Shown here: positions 39,372 to 50,038 of the stretch, piece by piece
How positions within the stretch are numbered: the first letter of the stretch is position 1
Layout: each line of letters begins with the position of its first letter
The notes under the pieces: model-generated
What the model was told of the DNA's origin: nothing
The model's input: the letters and a program-made list of their open reading frames with translations, nothing else
The model's database searches: none
Translations under genes and position numbers: made by a program
IMG/VR virus record: IMGVR_UViG_3300013005_000043
Coordinates: 1 to 59,057 of that record
Length of the DNA stretch: 59,057 bases
Direction: 5' to 3' (one strand)
From: a virus
Lineage: Duplodnaviria; Caudoviricetes

Positions 39372-40486
39372 TATCTAATCACTTTGAAATATATTTGATC
39401 ATCTATATATTGTTCTGTAAATCCGTCTACTAATTTTAAATTTATTCGATAATAACGCTCCGGCATTAAACCGTTCATATCCATGTAAATAAAATTACTA
39501 GTACTATCACAACTTACTTTAGTATAAATATCATCGTAAGGAATTATGACTTCATCTGTAGCTGCATCAGAAACTGAATAATATGATGATGTTGGCAGAA
39601 ATTTTACGGTTTGAATTGGAAATAAATTTGTTGCAGATTTTTGCGGATATTTATCTCGTGCGTAAATTCGTATTTTTGAAATTTCCGTATCTTTATAAGT
39701 TGGTTTAATCTTTGTATATATCTCATATGAGTCTAAATTAATAGATGTTAATGATCCAGTTGTAAACGTAGTATTATTAAAATACATTGTTAGTTTAGGC
39801 ACGTAAATCGTATGAGTTTCTCTACTAAAAAATCTTACATATCCAGCAACATTATTATTTGCTTCATCTGCATCTGAAAATTGAAGCAAAAATCCGTAAT
39901 TAGGAATTGATATTCCATTACTACCGCTTAACCAAATTTTAACTGCATCGGTTACATCAAGATTTAAATCACTTGTACGATAAGAAAATGATTCAGATGC
40001 AATTAATGATAGTGTATTTCCTGAGCCAGAATAATACAAATAATTTCCTCCTGCTCCCGATCCAGAAATATACAAACTACTAGAATTTACATTAACGTAT
40101 TGACTACCCGATATCCATGTAGATCCAGATGCTGATCCAGACCACGTTGCACCATCAATATTTAGTGCAGCTAAATATCCTGTACCATTAACCCAATCTT
40201 GACCCAACATTTTTGCATTAATAATATAATCTGATGGCAAATTTTTTGCATGAGATGTATATAGATTTAATATGAATTTACAATCATTAACCGTTTTAGA
40301 ATATTTTGATAATGATGCTGAAATTTCAGTCATATCAAATTTGACAATACTTCTAGATTTTAATAACGTATCGCCTTGTGCATCTAAACGTTTTCCTACT
40401 TCTAGTATTTCATCTAGTCCTGTATTATAATTTGCATACCGTTCGTACAACGTTGTGTCTTTTGATGCATAAAATATTCTAAACAT
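39371..40486 (-). CDS. Virion structural protein (beta-sandwich, DNRLRE-like)
   Basis: ASKDTTLYE...NTGLDEILEV, DVTDAVKIWL...NYGFLL and F.SRE...PKL pattern. Confidence 0.6.
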   Translation of the reverse strand: MFRIFYASKDTTLYERYANYNTGLDEILEVGKRLDAQGDTLLKSRSIVKFDMTEISASLSKYSKTVNDCKFILNLYTSHAKNLPSDYIINAKMLGQDWVNGTGYLAALNIDGATWSGSASGSTWISGSQYVNVNSSSLYISGSGAGGNYLYYSGSGNTLSLIASESFSYRTSDLNLDVTDAVKIWLSGSNGISIPNYGFLLQFSDADEANNNVAGYVRFFSRETHTIYVPKLTMYFNNTTFTTGSLTSINLDSYEIYTKIKPTYKDTEISKIRIYARDKYPQKSATNLFPIQTVKFLPTSSYYSVSDAATDEVIIPYDDIYTKVSCDSTSNFIYMDMNGLMPERYYRINLKLVDGFTEQYIDDQIYFKVIR

Positions 40487-40494
40487 TTTAATCC

Positions 40495-42375
40495 TTAATA
40501 ATTAACTACTCGGCCACGTATATCTTGATTAGGAAATTTAACTTCAAATATACTAGGATCCAATGATGGATAAATTATTCCATTCTTTGTAGCTGATGCT
40601 AAATCATATACATTGCCAGAATAATTTAAATCAGAATCATATAAATTTTTAAATGAAACATTAACTACCGATTGAACACCTTTAACATTTCCTAATAAAT
40701 TTGTAACATCTGATTTTATAATAGGTTGATTTATTTGCCAACGATCGATATTAAAATATGCTCGAAGATCATTAATACATTTCAATAATACTTCATTGCT
40801 ATTATAATTTGTTAATACCGATATTTCAAAATCAACACCAACATTAATAATAAATGCATCTTTAAGATTTACTGCATCGGTTAAGATTCGATAATGCCCC
40901 AAATACGTTTTTAAATTTTGTTTGATTACTTCATTAACTGCGGTAAGTTGTTTGTCTTTATTATAGCCCAAAATATACATATTCATTGCATATGGATTTG
41001 GAATTCTATTTTTTTCTAAATCTTGTTGAGAAATTTGATCATCGGGAACTATATATGCCTTAGCAACACTTCCAAACTTTGCTGGCATTGAATATGTTCG
41101 AATTATATAATCTTCTCTAGTTACTAAACGATTCTGTGTAGCAAAATTAGCTAATGCGTTATTTTTAATATCATCTAACGTGTCTGCAGTTTTTGCACCA
41201 GCACCCGGATTTACATTTGTTACAGCTAATGATGATTTTATAAGATTTACAATGTTTATGTTGTTTGTAGAATTAATATCCTCAACATAATCTATACCAA
41301 TAATATTGGTCAATGTATTTGCATCTACATTATCTTCAATTCCATTACCAACCGTATATGTAATTGTTAGTGTAGTATTAGATGGGGCTTGTCCATATGT
41401 TCGTGTATATAAAAAGTTAGATGGGTCAATATCTACATTAACACCTCTTCGAATAGCAGTTAAGCCATTTCCAACATTATTCGGATTTGGTATAATCTCC
41501 TCATCATTATTATCAGAAACCCCAGCACCAAATTGAATTTCTAATTTATTATCTCCGCGCAATCTACTAACAAATCGTTTTGCAGTTTTCTTTAGTTTTA
41601 ATAAACTAGGAGACGATGAACGATATGGAGCAAAGTCTGGATCATTTTCCAATAAATTCGGAACTTCTTCAAATATTGTATCTTGTGCTAAGTACGGAAC
41701 TTCATACCAGCTATCGCCATCCGATTCAGTAATTGAAATTATTTCGATAACATTTAAATCAGACAATACCACTTTATCATATGGTTTAGGAACACCAAAT
41801 GTAAAATTGGTCGTTTTAATTTCTCCCGAAACGGCAGGAACTTGTTTTTTTAACAAATAATATGTTGGTAATTTTGTAGTATTATTACTTTCATATATGG
41901 TTACTTCAGTTGGATCATATGATGATGAAAATCTAAATTCTACCGATTCTAAAGTTCTAAATACCGAATTCGATGTTGCATGTTTAACTCGCATTCCCGG
42001 CTTAATTGACAATGCATAGTTAAAATCTGGTTGTACAGCAGAGCCTGTTCCTATTGCGGGAACCAATTGATATACATCTAATATTACATGTGCAGGAACT
42101 GAATTTTTTGGTTGATATCCCAATGTTTTTGCAATATCATATATATTACCTCGTTCTGTCGCATATTGCAACATTGATTCTTTTAAATTGTTATCGGTAT
42201 AATATGAAAGAACATCGCCTACATATGACGCCATATTAATAAACAATGTTCCTGGCGACGATTCATTGAAGTTAGTATATGTAGTAGGAAAGTATTGTTT
42301 AGCAAAATCAATTAAATTTTGCCGAAATTGTCCAAAATCTTTTCCTAAATATGAAACATCTTTATTATTTTCCAT
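40495..42375 (-). CDS. Baseplate wedge subunit (gp6-like)
   Basis: DFGQFRQNLIDF...NFNESSPG, IQFGAG and QNRLVTREDY motifs. Confidence 0.88.
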   Translation of the reverse strand: MENNKDVSYLGKDFGQFRQNLIDFAKQYFPTTYTNFNESSPGTLFINMASYVGDVLSYYTDNNLKESMLQYATERGNIYDIAKTLGYQPKNSVPAHVILDVYQLVPAIGTGSAVQPDFNYALSIKPGMRVKHATSNSVFRTLESVEFRFSSSYDPTEVTIYESNNTTKLPTYYLLKKQVPAVSGEIKTTNFTFGVPKPYDKVVLSDLNVIEIISITESDGDSWYEVPYLAQDTIFEEVPNLLENDPDFAPYRSSSPSLLKLKKTAKRFVSRLRGDNKLEIQFGAGVSDNNDEEIIPNPNNVGNGLTAIRRGVNVDIDPSNFLYTRTYGQAPSNTTLTITYTVGNGIEDNVDANTLTNIIGIDYVEDINSTNNINIVNLIKSSLAVTNVNPGAGAKTADTLDDIKNNALANFATQNRLVTREDYIIRTYSMPAKFGSVAKAYIVPDDQISQQDLEKNRIPNPYAMNMYILGYNKDKQLTAVNEVIKQNLKTYLGHYRILTDAVNLKDAFIINVGVDFEISVLTNYNSNEVLLKCINDLRAYFNIDRWQINQPIIKSDVTNLLGNVKGVQSVVNVSFKNLYDSDLNYSGNVYDLASATKNGIIYPSLDPSIFEVKFPNQDIRGRVVNY

Positions 42376-42397
42376 TTATTGTCCTACTTAATATACG

Positions 42398-42859
42398 TTA
42401 GTTGCCACCAACTATTTGATTGTTTTGAATAATTACAGTACCGGTATTAGTTGCTGATATAACTAGTTCTGCAGCAACTTCTACAACATTAACATTGAAT
42501 TGAATTTTTACTACAATATCATATGTTAGTTGCGGATCATCTTCAGGTGTAGTGACATCAATTGATGTAATTTCTATTAATCCAACTCCAAAATATGTAC
42601 TTACTGCACTACGTATTTCTTCATCGATATCTTGTTTAAGGAATGAATTATTTGGTTCAAACAATATACGTAACAAATTAGTTCCAAAACTAGGATTACC
42701 AACAATTTCACCTGGCATTGTTAGTAATAAAAATTTAAAGTCGCTAATTGTTTGATCTAAAGTTTTATATGTAGAAGTAAATATATTTTGCGTAGAAATG
42801 CCCAAACCATATGGCGTATTCTCATTGACGTTTGCGGGATTAACTACTAAATATGGCAC
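42398..42859 (-). CDS. Baseplate wedge protein (gp25-like)
   Basis: LLLTMPGEIVGNPSFGTNLLRILFEP gp25 motif. GTG start. Confidence 0.85.
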   Translation of the reverse strand: MPYLVVNPANVNENTPYGLGISTQNIFTSTYKTLDQTISDFKFLLLTMPGEIVGNPSFGTNLLRILFEPNNSFLKQDIDEEIRSAVSTYFGVGLIEITSIDVTTPEDDPQLTYDIVVKIQFNVNVVEVAAELVISATNTGTVIIQNNQIVGGN

Positions 42860-42860
42860 G

Positions 42861-43385
42861 TTACATTCCTTTCTTTTTATTAATTGCTTTCATCAATGCA
42901 GAATAATCTCGCGTCATTGCTTGTTGAACTTCTTGAGGTACATCGAATACTTTACCCGTTTCTGGGTCTTCCATTATTTTTGGAGCAGCTGGTGCTATAC
43001 CAATAGCTTCTTTCATGTTTTGTCGCATTGCACCAAAATTAACAGCATCTCTAGATGTCATTCTAATTTCTTCCATACCTTCGTTCATCATATCTTTAAA
43101 GCTATTCATTGCTATTGGTTGTGGTTCCGATAACGAATCAGTTTCATTTAAAATAGATGCCCATTTATTATCAGTGAATTGAACTTTTGGTTTTCTTCCT
43201 GATTCATTAACCATCTTTGGTTCAACATGAATTACTTTGTTTGGATCTACTTTAACTTGTTTTTTTGGCTGTGTCATTTCTGTAATCGTAGATTGTAATC
43301 CTTCACGAAGAATGTCAGTTAATTCTTCTTTTATAACTTCGCGTACAGCGATTTTAAGTGCTTTTATTAATGTTTTTGAATCCAT
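42861..43385 (-). CDS. Hypothetical protein
   Basis: 174 aa, AVREVIKEE...ILRE leader, late motif upstream. Confidence 0.7.
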   Translation of the reverse strand: MDSKTLIKALKIAVREVIKEELTDILREGLQSTITEMTQPKKQVKVDPNKVIHVEPKMVNESGRKPKVQFTDNKWASILNETDSLSEPQPIAMNSFKDMMNEGMEEIRMTSRDAVNFGAMRQNMKEAIGIAPAAPKIMEDPETGKVFDVPQEVQQAMTRDYSALMKAINKKKGM

Positions 43386-43412
43386 ATGAATACTTTTATA
43401 TAAATATTAGGT

Positions 43413-44255
43413 TTAATAATTTATGCCCATTGGCCATTCAGTATCTGATAGTTTCGGTCCGTAAAATATTAAATTTTCTGTGTCAATATAATAATCACCC
43501 AATTTACCAATATCTGACGTCGGTCTTCCGGTTTGTTGAAATACTGTGCTCGGAGCTTCTCGTAAATTAGACAATACATCCAATTGACGTGTAATTAACG
43601 TTTGAATTGTAGTAGCCCTATCAAGTAAATCTTGTTCCGATACGTTGATGTCTCGATAAAAGTCTGATGGAAATAGATCATTATATGTATTTATGTCGAC
43701 TGGGCCATCATCAATTGAAGGCATTGTAATAACAGGAACATCGCCATTACATGCACTACTTAATTTTTGCAATGCTTCTTGAATTGGCGGCATTACTACC
43801 GGTGGCAATTTATTAATTAATGTTGGCGGATATGTTGCCAATTGCTCAATACATGTTAATGCATTAGCAATAGTTGCATCCTGAATAGCTTGTAATTGTT
43901 GCGCAATAAACAATGGAGCTGTTACTGGATTCGACAATTGTGCAGCTGTAATTGCAGTCTTTATGCTTTGAGCAACATTGATTACAGTTTTTGTTGTATT
44001 AACTACTTGTTGTACTTTTGGTAACGTTTGTTGCACTCGTGCAATTTGTTGTTGAATAGATTCTAAATCGCGTTTAAGTTTTTTGATTCTAGGATCATCA
44101 CACTTACATTTTACTGGAATTTGAATTGAATCTTGTACTACTTTTAAGGATTGATCAATCAATTTATCCGCTTCTTTTAACCCCAATTGAACTAGTAGAT
44201 TAGTTAATTTGCCAGCTAATTTAGGTATTTCATCTAATGGTGGTACTATTGCCAT
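43413..44255 (-). CDS. Hypothetical baseplate-module protein
   Basis: 280 aa helical protein, C-terminal GKLGDYYIDT...FYGPK motif seen in fibre proteins. Confidence 0.6.
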   Translation of the reverse strand: MAIVPPLDEIPKLAGKLTNLLVQLGLKEADKLIDQSLKVVQDSIQIPVKCKCDDPRIKKLKRDLESIQQQIARVQQTLPKVQQVVNTTKTVINVAQSIKTAITAAQLSNPVTAPLFIAQQLQAIQDATIANALTCIEQLATYPPTLINKLPPVVMPPIQEALQKLSSACNGDVPVITMPSIDDGPVDINTYNDLFPSDFYRDINVSEQDLLDRATTIQTLITRQLDVLSNLREAPSTVFQQTGRPTSDIGKLGDYYIDTENLIFYGPKLSDTEWPMGINY

Positions 44256-44264
44256 GTTTTACTT

Positions 44265-45296
44265 TTATTTTCTAGGATTAAATTCCATTCGATATTTTGA
44301 ACTTACTAAATCATCTAATTTTTTACGGGCAGAGCTTAACTGAGTTTGTGATAAAAATCCTCCAGTTAATTCACCACATTGTATAGGAACAAATTGTAGA
44401 TGATCTAATATTTTTCCTAATACATCTAACAATACATCTCCATGAACCAATGGTTGACTTGCTTTTTCACCACCTATATAGATGTTATTTGGCGTATTTA
44501 ATACGATGCCCAATTCGGAATCGATAACAGCTATGTCGCGTTTAGCTCGAAGTATGATTCGATCTGCAATACCTATAAATTGCGAACCATCAAATGAATT
44601 GTGTATTGTTAATGGTTTTGTAATTTTTAAATTATTTAACTGTTGGGTACTAGTTAAATATAATGATGATGCATCTTGTTCTACATCTTCTACTACAAAT
44701 TCTTTTTTAGTTAAATTTTTTCGTCCATTAGATAAAACAATAATTGGATCTCCCGATTTATTGCTTGACCACGGAGCTGATTTATAATAATGTCCTGCAG
44801 GTGATGATGCAATGCTACTACCCAATCGAATACTATTACTCCAACGGCCTTCTAGCAACGTATCACCCTCATATGGTTGTAATGGGGATATTACGCGTTG
44901 TTCAAACGTTTTGCCGGGTTTAATATTTTGAATTTCTTGTTGAGAACTATTTGACGATATTCCTGGCAACATGTTTTCATTGATAGATGATTGAACTGAT
45001 ATCGTAGTTAAATAATACCAAGTCTCTCGCCATTGTGTGGTTGTAGTTAATTCATTGAATGTTTTATATACTAATACAAATTCACCAATTAATGGAATTT
45101 GTTTGTTAGAAATATTACCTGGTTTTGCTAGTATTATACGAGTATTAAAATAATCGCCACACGTTCTAATTTTAATAGCAAACAATGAATTCGTATTTCC
45201 TACAGATGATTTATCCGGGGCTTCATATCTATAGGTATAATCATAATCAATTACTTCGCCTACATCCCATTCTAATTTACGTTCGTTAGACTTCAT
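44265..45296 (-). CDS. Baseplate hub/spike-like protein (gp5-like)
   Basis: PLIGEFVLV OB-fold-like motif, EGRWSNSIRLGS, QPLVHGD near the C-terminus. No lysozyme domain visible. Confidence 0.55.
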   Translation of the reverse strand: MKSNERKLEWDVGEVIDYDYTYRYEAPDKSSVGNTNSLFAIKIRTCGDYFNTRIILAKPGNISNKQIPLIGEFVLVYKTFNELTTTTQWRETWYYLTTISVQSSINENMLPGISSNSSQQEIQNIKPGKTFEQRVISPLQPYEGDTLLEGRWSNSIRLGSSIASSPAGHYYKSAPWSSNKSGDPIIVLSNGRKNLTKKEFVVEDVEQDASSLYLTSTQQLNNLKITKPLTIHNSFDGSQFIGIADRIILRAKRDIAVIDSELGIVLNTPNNIYIGGEKASQPLVHGDVLLDVLGKILDHLQFVPIQCGELTGGFLSQTQLSSARKKLDDLVSSKYRMEFNPRK

Positions 45297-45721
45297 GTAG
45301 TACCTTGAATTTTATTTTTTGTTGCATCAATGGTTTGTTTTAATGCAGCCGTTTCTTGTTCGATGTTATCTAATTCATCAGATAATTCAGATGATAATGT
45401 TTGTTCAGCAACACGTAATAACTGTTGTTTTTCTTCATCACTTAATAATCCATCTGCACCTGATATTGTTTGTTTGGTTGAAATATAACGTTGAACGATT
45501 GCAGTTAGTTTAACTAAATGATCATCATTTTTAACTGCAACATCTAGGTATTCTTTAATTAACGGAACAATGATTGTAGCATCTGATGCATTTTTTATTA
45601 ATGGTTGCAACTGTGCAATCAATTGATTTATTTGTCTATCTTTCTTCTTTGAATTGTGATATACATCGGACATTAAATCGGCAAAAGTAGTACCTTTGAA
45701 TAATTCATCATTCTTGTCCAT
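45293..45721 (-). CDS. Hypothetical helical protein
   Basis: 142 aa ORF with a late motif upstream. Confidence 0.7.
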   Translation of the reverse strand: MDKNDELFKGTTFADLMSDVYHNSKKKDRQINQLIAQLQPLIKNASDATIIVPLIKEYLDVAVKNDDHLVKLTAIVQRYISTKQTISGADGLLSDEEKQQLLRVAEQTLSSELSDELDNIEQETAALKQTIDATKNKIQGTT

Positions 45722-45745
45722 ATCTAAAACCCTTTAAAATAAATA

Positions 45746-46441
45746 TCAAAAAGGCAATTTTATGAAATCTGTTTGTTCGTATTCTCGAAATTTATCTTCA
45801 TAGATTGTTTTCAACGTTTTAATAACACGCGTAATATTAGTTGTTTCCAATCCGGTTCGTTCTCGTATGTAGATGTATAATGCTTTCTTATTGAAATTTT
45901 CAATATTTTCTCTAGTTTCAAATATATGTAATACTGAATCTGCTACATGTATATCAATTGAATTAGAAAAAATGTAGTTTAAATTTTCATAACAATGATT
46001 GATATAAGCATCCATGAATTCCTGCAATGTTTCTTGCATTTCTTCATTATGCATTTCAGTAATTACATTTCGCTGTTCATCAATATCTAATTCTAATGCA
46101 TCATTTTTTAATTTGCTATATGCTTTTTGATTTTCTGCAATTAAATAATTAAATGATGTTCTAGTATAATATGAATATGCTTTGCCTGCTGCCGGATTAA
46201 ATTTATCTAATCGTGCGGTAAGGTATGTAACTAAATCGGTTTGTAAATCTAAAAACGTTGAATCAATGTAATCTGGTTTTACTTTGTTTATGATATTTTC
46301 TGTAAGTTTCATAAACGCCGGATATATAAATCGTCTGTAAATTTTTTCTCTTTTAGCAATATCTTCGCTTTTATTATATGCAGAAATTGCTAAATCTGTT
46401 ATCTTTGTAAAATACGTTTTACTTTTCTTGGCTCGTCCCAT
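45746..46441 (-). CDS. Phage sigma factor (gp55-like, late transcription)
   Basis: YFT...IYPAFMKLTENII...KFNPAAGKAYSYYT...NYL resembles sigma region 2 of the gp55 family. Likely start MGRAKK. Confidence 0.7.
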   Translation of the reverse strand: MGRAKKSKTYFTKITDLAISAYNKSEDIAKREKIYRRFIYPAFMKLTENIINKVKPDYIDSTFLDLQTDLVTYLTARLDKFNPAAGKAYSYYTRTSFNYLIAENQKAYSKLKNDALELDIDEQRNVITEMHNEEMQETLQEFMDAYINHCYENLNYIFSNSIDIHVADSVLHIFETRENIENFNKKALYIYIRERTGLETTNITRVIKTLKTIYEDKFREYEQTDFIKLPF

Positions 46442-46733
46442 CAAATTCGTCTTTAAGTGTTTCAATTACTTCTTTCAGCATATCAAATGTAGTACCAACT
46501 TCATCTTCTGCAGCAAATGCACCTCGAAGATCAACTCGATTCATAACTTCATATGCAGATACTATTTTTGAATACATGTATTGATTGGTTAATTCCAATG
46601 CTTCAATATATTCATTTACATCATCGCCTTGATCTTGTATATCAGCAACTGCACCAGCAAGATACCATACTCGATATCCTAAGTATGTGCTAATTCCTAG
46701 AAGCAATATCGTTGTTATGATTAAAAATATCAT
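46419..46733 (-). CDS. Small membrane protein
   Basis: 104 aa with an N-terminal TM helix. Confidence 0.7.
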   Translation of the reverse strand: MIFLIITTILLLGISTYLGYRVWYLAGAVADIQDQGDDVNEYIEALELTNQYMYSKIVSAYEVMNRVDLRGAFAAEDEVGTTFDMLKEVIETLKDEFDGTSQEK

Positions 46734-46734
46734 A

Positions 46735-47511
46735 TTATTCCTCGTTAAATGCTTTGAAAATATCCGTTAATGCTTGTTCAACGGCAGGATTATTTTCGGT
46801 TAAATTTTTCAATCCGTTTGATTTTTGTACTCTACTTTTTTCTGAAACTGGTTTAGGTGTTTCTTTGTCTTTATTTCTCCATCGCTCAAATTCAATTTGT
46901 GCTGCCATATGATCTGCATGATGCAAAATGATAGGTAGATTTGTTTTTAATTTGGCTTGTGCTGAGCGAGCAACAAAATATGGTTTATTTGCTTCATCAT
47001 ACATACCATCATGAATTTTAATTGCTTGATATTCCGTCCAAGACATTTTAACATCATATTCTTGTAGCAACCAAATTGAAAGATCCGGTACCATAGTAAA
47101 CGGAATGTTTTCATTGTGACGATACATTTTGTTTTGATTTTTTCTATGCCAATCCGATGTTTCTACCTGATAAACTTCATTACCCTCACCTGGAAATCCC
47201 ACTTTACCTAAATCATGATGCATTGCGGCAAACATTAATTCCTCTTCGGTATAACCAGACATATCTGCTCCACTGACCGTCCATGTATTATGTAAGGTTA
47301 ATGCACAATCCATAACGCGAAGAACATGGTCGACATAACCTCCGGCAAATGCATTGTGAAAGTGTGCAATACTAGATGCTGGCATCATTACTATTCGATC
47401 TTCAAACTCATCATACATTCGATTTAATGCATCTTTACGTGTAGGAAAGAATTGATTAACTAATCCTCGATAACGTTCCCAGTTTGATTTGATTTTTTCT
47501 GCTTGTAACAT
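46735..47511 (-). CDS. HD-domain phosphohydrolase
   Basis: HNAFAGGYVDH, HHDLGK, IHDG and HHAD motifs. Confidence 0.88.
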   Translation of the reverse strand: MLQAEKIKSNWERYRGLVNQFFPTRKDALNRMYDEFEDRIVMMPASSIAHFHNAFAGGYVDHVLRVMDCALTLHNTWTVSGADMSGYTEEELMFAAMHHDLGKVGFPGEGNEVYQVETSDWHRKNQNKMYRHNENIPFTMVPDLSIWLLQEYDVKMSWTEYQAIKIHDGMYDEANKPYFVARSAQAKLKTNLPIILHHADHMAAQIEFERWRNKDKETPKPVSEKSRVQKSNGLKNLTENNPAVEQALTDIFKAFNEE

Positions 47512-47516
47512 AACTT

Positions 47517-47545
47517 ATTATATTGATTTATTTTCGTATTTCCAA
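47517..47545 (-). promoter_or_regulatory. Promoter TTGGAA-N17-TATAAT for the HD/sigma operon
   Basis: Exact 17-nt spacing, with ATG 5 nt downstream. Confidence 0.65.
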
Positions 47546-47695
47546 TCGTTGTCCATTGACAAGTTTCGATACACATTTATAACATGTAATTGCTTCTGCT
47601 TTTTCATCAACTCGTTGACAAATTTCTTCACAATACTTACATTGTAATTTTTTAAATCCTTTCGGTGCAGGACTACTTTTTGTACTTCTTTTCAC
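47528..47695 (-). CDS. Small zinc-ribbon protein, 55 aa (absent from the ORF track)
   Basis: From GTG at 47695: MKRSTKSSPAPKGFKKLQCKYCEEICQRVDEKAEAITCYKCVSKLVNGQRLEIRK*, with two CxxC motifs. Confidence 0.7.
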   Translation of the reverse strand: MKRSTKSSPAPKGFKKLQCKYCEEICQRVDEKAEAITCYKCVSKLVNGQRLEIRK

Positions 47696-48689
47696 GTTCT
47701 ATTCTAAATTTATTTCGGTATGATAATATATCTGATTTTGGATTAGTAGGAATTTTATCTTCTTTAATTACTCTATCCGGAGGTGGCGGAGGAGGAACAT
47801 TGGTTGTTAATGGATCAGGAGTTGCATCGGTATTGAAATCAGTATGTGACTCGTCTTCTAAACCATCCATTAATGTAACATCCCAGTCACTGATGTCATC
47901 GTTTGCGTTTAACAAGGCTTTATTTGCTGAAATGAGCAATATGATTGCTAAAGGATCAAACACCATTATAAGCATTAAAATCAGCCAATTAACTACGGTA
48001 TCCATGCTCTTGTTAGTAATAGTTGCAATATATTTTAATGGACCTACTTCTGCTGCAACGGTAGATGTTGTTTGCAAATTAGTAATTTTAAGATCCATTG
48101 CTGATACCGAATCCGTCATTGCTAATTCTCGTTGCATTAGTTGTTGATTTCGTTGTACGGCAATATCTAACTGTTTTTCATATGCCTTTCTATTACTAGC
48201 ATCCGTTTTAATAACTTGATTGCCATTTCGATCTGTATATTGAATACGATTATTAGATAATGCATTTGTTAGATTTTCTATGTTTGCATCAACCGTTTGT
48301 TTTTCTTTGGTTACTTGATCCAGCTGGGTTTGAAATCTATCACGCTTAGTTTTAACATTGTCGATTATTAATTCAGAATTTTGTAAACGATATGATGTGT
48401 CTTGATATGATGATGCTAAAAACCCATAGATGCCTAATGACGTAATTGCCATCAATATAACAACCGCTGTAGTCAAATAAATTTTCATTAATCTGGAAAT
48501 CGTATTCCAATAACGATGCAAGTATGATGCTGTTATAAGTTTTGAAAGTTCTAAAGTTGATGCCAAAATAATTACGGCAGTTGCTTGTGATGCAAACAAT
48601 TTACTCAATCCGAATACGCTGTAATATGCAGCACTTGCAGCTAAACTAAATGCAGCTGCTAATACAATGTACGGAAATCGTTTTGCCAT
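47673..48689 (-). CDS. Multi-pass membrane protein with long coiled coil
   Basis: Three N-terminal TM segments, a coiled coil, and a C-terminal TM with VFDPLAI. Confidence 0.75.
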   Translation of the reverse strand: MAKRFPYIVLAAAFSLAASAAYYSVFGLSKLFASQATAVIILASTLELSKLITASYLHRYWNTISRLMKIYLTTAVVILMAITSLGIYGFLASSYQDTSYRLQNSELIIDNVKTKRDRFQTQLDQVTKEKQTVDANIENLTNALSNNRIQYTDRNGNQVIKTDASNRKAYEKQLDIAVQRNQQLMQRELAMTDSVSAMDLKITNLQTTSTVAAEVGPLKYIATITNKSMDTVVNWLILMLIMVFDPLAIILLISANKALLNANDDISDWDVTLMDGLEDESHTDFNTDATPDPLTTNVPPPPPPDRVIKEDKIPTNPKSDILSYRNKFRIEREKKYKK

Positions 48690-48871
48690 TATCCTCGTTC
48701 AATATAATATTTTGCTGATTCTAATTTTTTTAATGCACGTGCTAAATTGTCAAGCATTGATGGCTTATCAATCTTTCCTTCTTCCAACGCTTTACCAGTA
48801 ACGCGAATAATATTGTGAGCATCAACAATATCATCCGTAATTTTTTCTCTAAATTTATAATCTACTTTCAT
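48689..48871 (-). CDS. Small hypothetical protein
   Basis: 60 aa, coupled to the next gene by TAATG. Confidence 0.7.
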   Translation of the reverse strand: MKVDYKFREKITDDIVDAHNIIRVTGKALEEGKIDKPSMLDNLARALKKLESAKYYIERG

Positions 48872-48917
48872 AAATAACCTTTTTATATTATTATTAATAT
48901 TATATATAATAAATATA

Positions 48918-49943
48918 TTAGTCTAAAATTAATTGTGTGTTTTGACAACATTCAACATTTAAAGCAATCAATGATTGTTCTTTAGCCTTAGCCTCAACCA
49001 TAACATCAAGATCGGCAACACCATATGTAGCAGGAAGCCGTGTAATGTAGTCAGCATGAGCCTGCTCCTTGATCTTGGTAAACTCCTTGTATTGTTTGTG
49101 GAAGGTAGGCCATTTGGGCAAGTCGGCAATGTCAATGTTATGATGTGCAAACATACGCTCGATAAGAATCTGTGCTTCGCGTCGACGAGACTCGCTGTAA
49201 TGGGTACATTGCGTAACACCATGACGCTGCCAAGTTTCGCGAGCCATGAAGAATGCTTCTTGTTCGGATATGTCACCAGTATTGAATGTGTGATGCCAAT
49301 AGTCAAACGTAATAGGTATAGCAATTTCGGTATGCAACATGGAATATAATTCGCGCACCGAATACATGGAGGCCTTGTCATCATTCTCAATAACTAAACG
49401 TGCCTTGCAAGAATCTGAAAGGCGATCATAGTTATGCAACCACCGTGCAATGGTGCCGGGTTTGTCGTTGTAGGTAGCACCAACGTGAATATTGATCTTG
49501 TTCTCAAAGCTAGGAGCAAAACCCATCATATCAAAGAGCTCAGAATGTCGTTCAAGACCAATGATAGAATTATCAACAACTACAGCATCGGGACTGCCAA
49601 GGATATGAAATGGACCAGGATGCGTTGTGATGCGATGGCCATGCGCACGAGCATAATCACCTGCGGCACGTAGATGCCGTGCAATAAGATCAATGTCAGG
49701 CAAATCTGCAAGCTCGTAATGATTCCAACGAGGAAAGAGCTCAGAGCCTAAACGAAACAAACGAATACCGTGTGCTTCATTCCATTGCAGAATAGTAAGT
49801 AAATCGCGGGCATTGGCAAGTGCAATGTCGGATGCTAACTGCAAACCACCCAATTTAAATTTGCGATCAATCATGGCACGACCGGTACGAATACCTTGGG
49901 CGGATAACTCCATGTTGATACAGGCATAACCAAAACGTATCAT
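48918..49943 (-). CDS. uvsE: UV damage endonuclease (UvsE/UvdE)
   Basis: RFGYACIN, RITTHPG, NIHVG, IENDD, FDYWHH, HADY and VEAKAKE motifs. Confidence 0.95.
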   Translation of the reverse strand: MIRFGYACINMELSAQGIRTGRAMIDRKFKLGGLQLASDIALANARDLLTILQWNEAHGIRLFRLGSELFPRWNHYELADLPDIDLIARHLRAAGDYARAHGHRITTHPGPFHILGSPDAVVVDNSIIGLERHSELFDMMGFAPSFENKINIHVGATYNDKPGTIARWLHNYDRLSDSCKARLVIENDDKASMYSVRELYSMLHTEIAIPITFDYWHHTFNTGDISEQEAFFMARETWQRHGVTQCTHYSESRRREAQILIERMFAHHNIDIADLPKWPTFHKQYKEFTKIKEQAHADYITRLPATYGVADLDVMVEAKAKEQSLIALNVECCQNTQLILD

Positions 49944-49957
49944 ATATGTTTTATTTT

Positions 49958-50019
49958 ATATTATGTAAAAAGAATGAAAAATCCAAATTACGTTATTTTT
50001 TTTTTGCGTAATATTTATA
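49958..50019. promoter_or_regulatory. Divergent promoter pair (TTGGAT class leftward, ATATTTAT rightward)
   Basis: ATCCAA at 49981-49986 and ATATTTAT at 50011-50018. Confidence 0.6.
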
Positions 50020-50038
50020 TGTAGTAAAAAGGAACACA

